The position numbers and the translations under genes are program-made. The notes under the pieces are model-generated. The model saw only the letters and a program-made list of their open reading frames with translations, was not told the origin of the DNA and did not search any database. A DNA stretch of 64,000 bases, taken from positions 24,676,001-24,740,000 of the forward strand of contig OZ024743.1 of assembly GCA_964016885.1 (NCBI GenBank). Reading direction: 5' to 3'. This DNA is from Eledone cirrhosa (Eukaryota). Positions 61,901 through 64,000 of the stretch are shown one piece after another (positions within the stretch are counted from its first letter, which is position 1; each line of letters begins with the position of its first letter).

Positions 61901-64000
61901 CTCAGTCATCTCTACCTTGTTTGCTGTAGTTAACTGTGCTGACAGTTGGTTCTATCCCTCCTCAGTCATCCCAACCTTGTTTGCTGTAGTTAACAGTGCG
62001 GACAGTTGGTTCTGTCCCTCATCAGTCATCCCAACCTTGTTTGCTGTAGTTAACTGTGCTGACAGTTGGTTCTGTCCCTCCTCAGTCATCCCAACCTTGT
62101 TTGCTGTAGTTAACTGTGCTGACAGTTGGTTCTGTCCCTCCTCAGTCATCCCAACCTTGTTTGCTGTAGTTAACTGTGCTGACAGTTGGTTCTGTCCCTC
62201 CTCAGTCATCCCAACCTTGTTTGCTGTAGTTAACTGTGCTGACAGTTGGTTCTGTCCCTCCTCAGTCATCCCAACCTTGTTTGCTGTAGTTAACTGTGTT
62301 GACGGTTGGTTCTGTCCCTCCTCAGTCATCCCAACCTTGTTTGCTGTAGTTAACTGTGCTGACAGTTTGTTCTGTCCCTCTTCAGCCATCCCAACCTTGT
62401 TTGCTGTATTTAACTGGGCTGACAGTTTGTTCTGTCCCTCCTCAGCCATCCCAACCTTGTTTGCTGTAGTTAATAGTGCTGACAGTTGGTTCTGTCCCTC
62501 ATCAGTCATCTCAACCTTGTTTGCTGTAGTTAACTGTGCTGACAGTTGGTTCTGTCCTTCCTCAGTCATACCAAACCTTGTTTGCTGTAGTTAACTGTGT
62601 TGACAGTTGGTTCTGTCCTTCCTCAGTCATCCCAAACCTTGTTTGCTGTAGTTAACTGTGTTGACAGTTGGTTCTGTCCCTCCTCAGTCATCTCAACCTT
62701 GTTTGCTCTAGTTAACTGTGCTGACAGTTGGTTCTGTCCCTCCTCAGTCATCCCAACCTTGTTTGCTGTAGTTAACTGTGCTGACAGTTTGTTCTGTCCC
62801 TCCTCAGGCATCCCAACCTTGTTTGCAATAGTTAACTGGGCTGACAGTTGGTTCTGTCCCTCCTCAGTCATCCCAACCTTGTTTGCTGTAGTTAACTGTG
62901 CTGACAGTTTGTTCTGTCCCTCCTCAGCCATCCCAACCTTGTTTGCTGTAGTTAACTGGGCTGACAGTTTGTTCTGTCCCTCCTCAGCCATCCCAACCTT
63001 GTTTGCTGTAGTTAACAGTGCTGACAGTTGGTTCTGTCCTTCCTCAGTCATCCCAAACCTTGTTTGCTGTAGTTAACTGTGTTGACAGTTGGTTCTGTCC
63101 CTCCTCAGTCATCTCAACCTTGTTTGCTGTAGTTAACAGTGCTGACAGTTGGTTCTGTCCCTCCTCAGTCATCTCAACCTTGTTTGCTGTAGTTAACTGT
63201 GCTGACAGTTGGTTCTGTCCCTCCTCAGTCATCTCAACCTTGTTTGCTGTAGTTAACGGTGCTGACAGTTGGTTCTGTCCCTCCTCAGTCATCCCAACCT
63301 TGTTTTCTGTAGTTAACTGTGCTGACATTTGGTTCTGTCCCTCATCAGTCATCCCAACCTTGTTTGCTGTAGTTAACTGTGCTGACAGTTGGTTCTGTGC
63401 CTCCTCAGTCGTCTCAACCTTGTTTGCTGTAGTTAACTGTGCTGACAGTTGGTTCTGTCCCTCCTCAGTCATCTCAACCTTGTTTGCTGTAGTTAACTGT
63501 GCTGACAGTTTGTTCTGTCCCTCCTTAGTCATCCCAACCTTGTTTGCTGTAGTTAACTGTCCTGACAGTTGGTTCTGTCCTTCCTCAGTCATCCCAACCT
63601 TTTTTGCTGTAGTTAACTGTTCTGACAGTTGGTTCTGTCCCTCCTCAGTCATCCCAACCTTGTTTGCTGTAGTTAACTGTTCTGACAGTTGTTTCTGTCC
63701 CTCCTCAGTCATCCCAACCTTGTTTGCTGTAGTTAACTCTGCTGACAGTTGGTTCTGTCACTCCTCAGTCATCCCAACCTTGTTTGCTGTAGTTAACTGT
63801 GCTGACAGTTGGTTCTGTCCCTCCTCAGTCATCCCAACCTTGTTTGCTGTAGTTAACTGTGCTGACAGTTGGTTCTGTCCTTCCTCAGTCATCGCAACCT
63901 TGTTTGCTGTAGTTAACTGTGCCGACAGTTGGTTCTGTCCCTCCTCAGTCATCCCAACCTTGTTTGCTGTAGTTAACTGTGCTGACAGTTGGTTCTGTCC
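43991..64000. repeat. Satellite subfamily domain D (more homogeneous, long indel-free runs, six variable-length higher-order units)
   Basis: Long runs of near-consensus monomers with only 18 insertions, arranged as six triplets. Diagnostic variants: GTTGACGG, GTATTTAAC, TAATAGT, CATACCAAA, CTCTACC, TCAATCTT. Confidence 0.8.
49060..64000. repeat. Large near-identical duplication, offset 8649 bp (144 monomers + 9): ~49060-55351 recurs at ~57710-64000
   Basis: ORF pairs 51091/59740, 51486/60135, 53303/61952, 53948/62597, 54395/63044 and 55109/63758 all differ by 8649 with matching translations. Private GTCTTCC lies at 49236 and 57885. Confidence 0.92.

Larger units (their letters stand above)
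1..64000. repeat. 60-bp tandem satellite array, about 1,065 head-to-tail copies, extending beyond both window edges
   Basis: Seen directly: every 60-nt line repeats the same text. The G of GTTAAC moves from position 38 to 63972, which is 1064 x 60 + 94 net inserted bases. Most monomers differ from consensus by 0-3 substitutions. No inversion or foreign insertion was seen. Confidence 0.99.

Noticed and set aside
10-63952. All ORFs in the six-frame track as protein-coding genes
   Set aside because: They are translations of the 60-bp monomer, mirrored on both strands, with no unique domain. They begin and end wherever 61-bp or stop-bearing monomers fall, and frameshifts and stops have been amplified freely.
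1-64000. CRISPR array
   Set aside because: There are no unique spacers: the entire 60 bp is repeated. No leader or cas genes are present.
1-64000. Programmed frameshifting or phase variation at CCCAAA joining the ORFs into one giant protein
   Set aside because: The A run is only 2-3 nt, the insertion is inherited as a linked haplotype in duplicated blocks, and in-frame TAG/TGA stops also interrupt the frames.
1-64000. Telomeric repeat, mobile element or simple sequencing concatemer
   Set aside because: There is no short telomere motif, terminal repeat, target-site duplication or transposase/RT. Hierarchically shared variants and regional subfamilies indicate real evolutionary history rather than a rolling-circle or chimeric artefact.

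Overview
The whole 64-kb window is one uninterrupted head-to-tail tandem array (satellite DNA) of a 60-bp monomer. The + strand consensus is CCAACCTTGTTTGCTGTAGTTAACTGTGCTGACAGTTGGTTCTGTCCCTCCTCAGTCATC (exact copy at 621-680; 48% GC, 65% pyrimidine on +, no CpG). Tracking the repeat phase by hand gives about 1,065 copies, all in one orientation. About 97 are 61-bp monomers with a 1-nt insertion at one fixed site, and I saw only two 1-nt deletions. I found no unique sequence, transposon, RNA gene, CRISPR spacer or credible gene, and both array ends lie outside the window. Every listed ORF arises because the monomer is 20 codons long and stop-free in one frame on each strand. The information lies in the variants: the array splits into about four regional subfamilies and carries nested duplications or higher-order repeats with offsets of 1083, 1202/1262, 1264, 1381, 1806, 2222, 2225, 2403, 3427 and 8649 bp. 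The right third is built from six variable-length higher-order units. The monomer is dense in dyad symmetry. Its minus strand loosely resembles a degenerate minimal hammerhead ribozyme and its plus strand resembles a 3' splice site; both readings are speculative. The organism cannot be identified from the sequence; a eukaryotic satellite is inferred. Internal boundaries are approximate (about one monomer) because they were read by eye.
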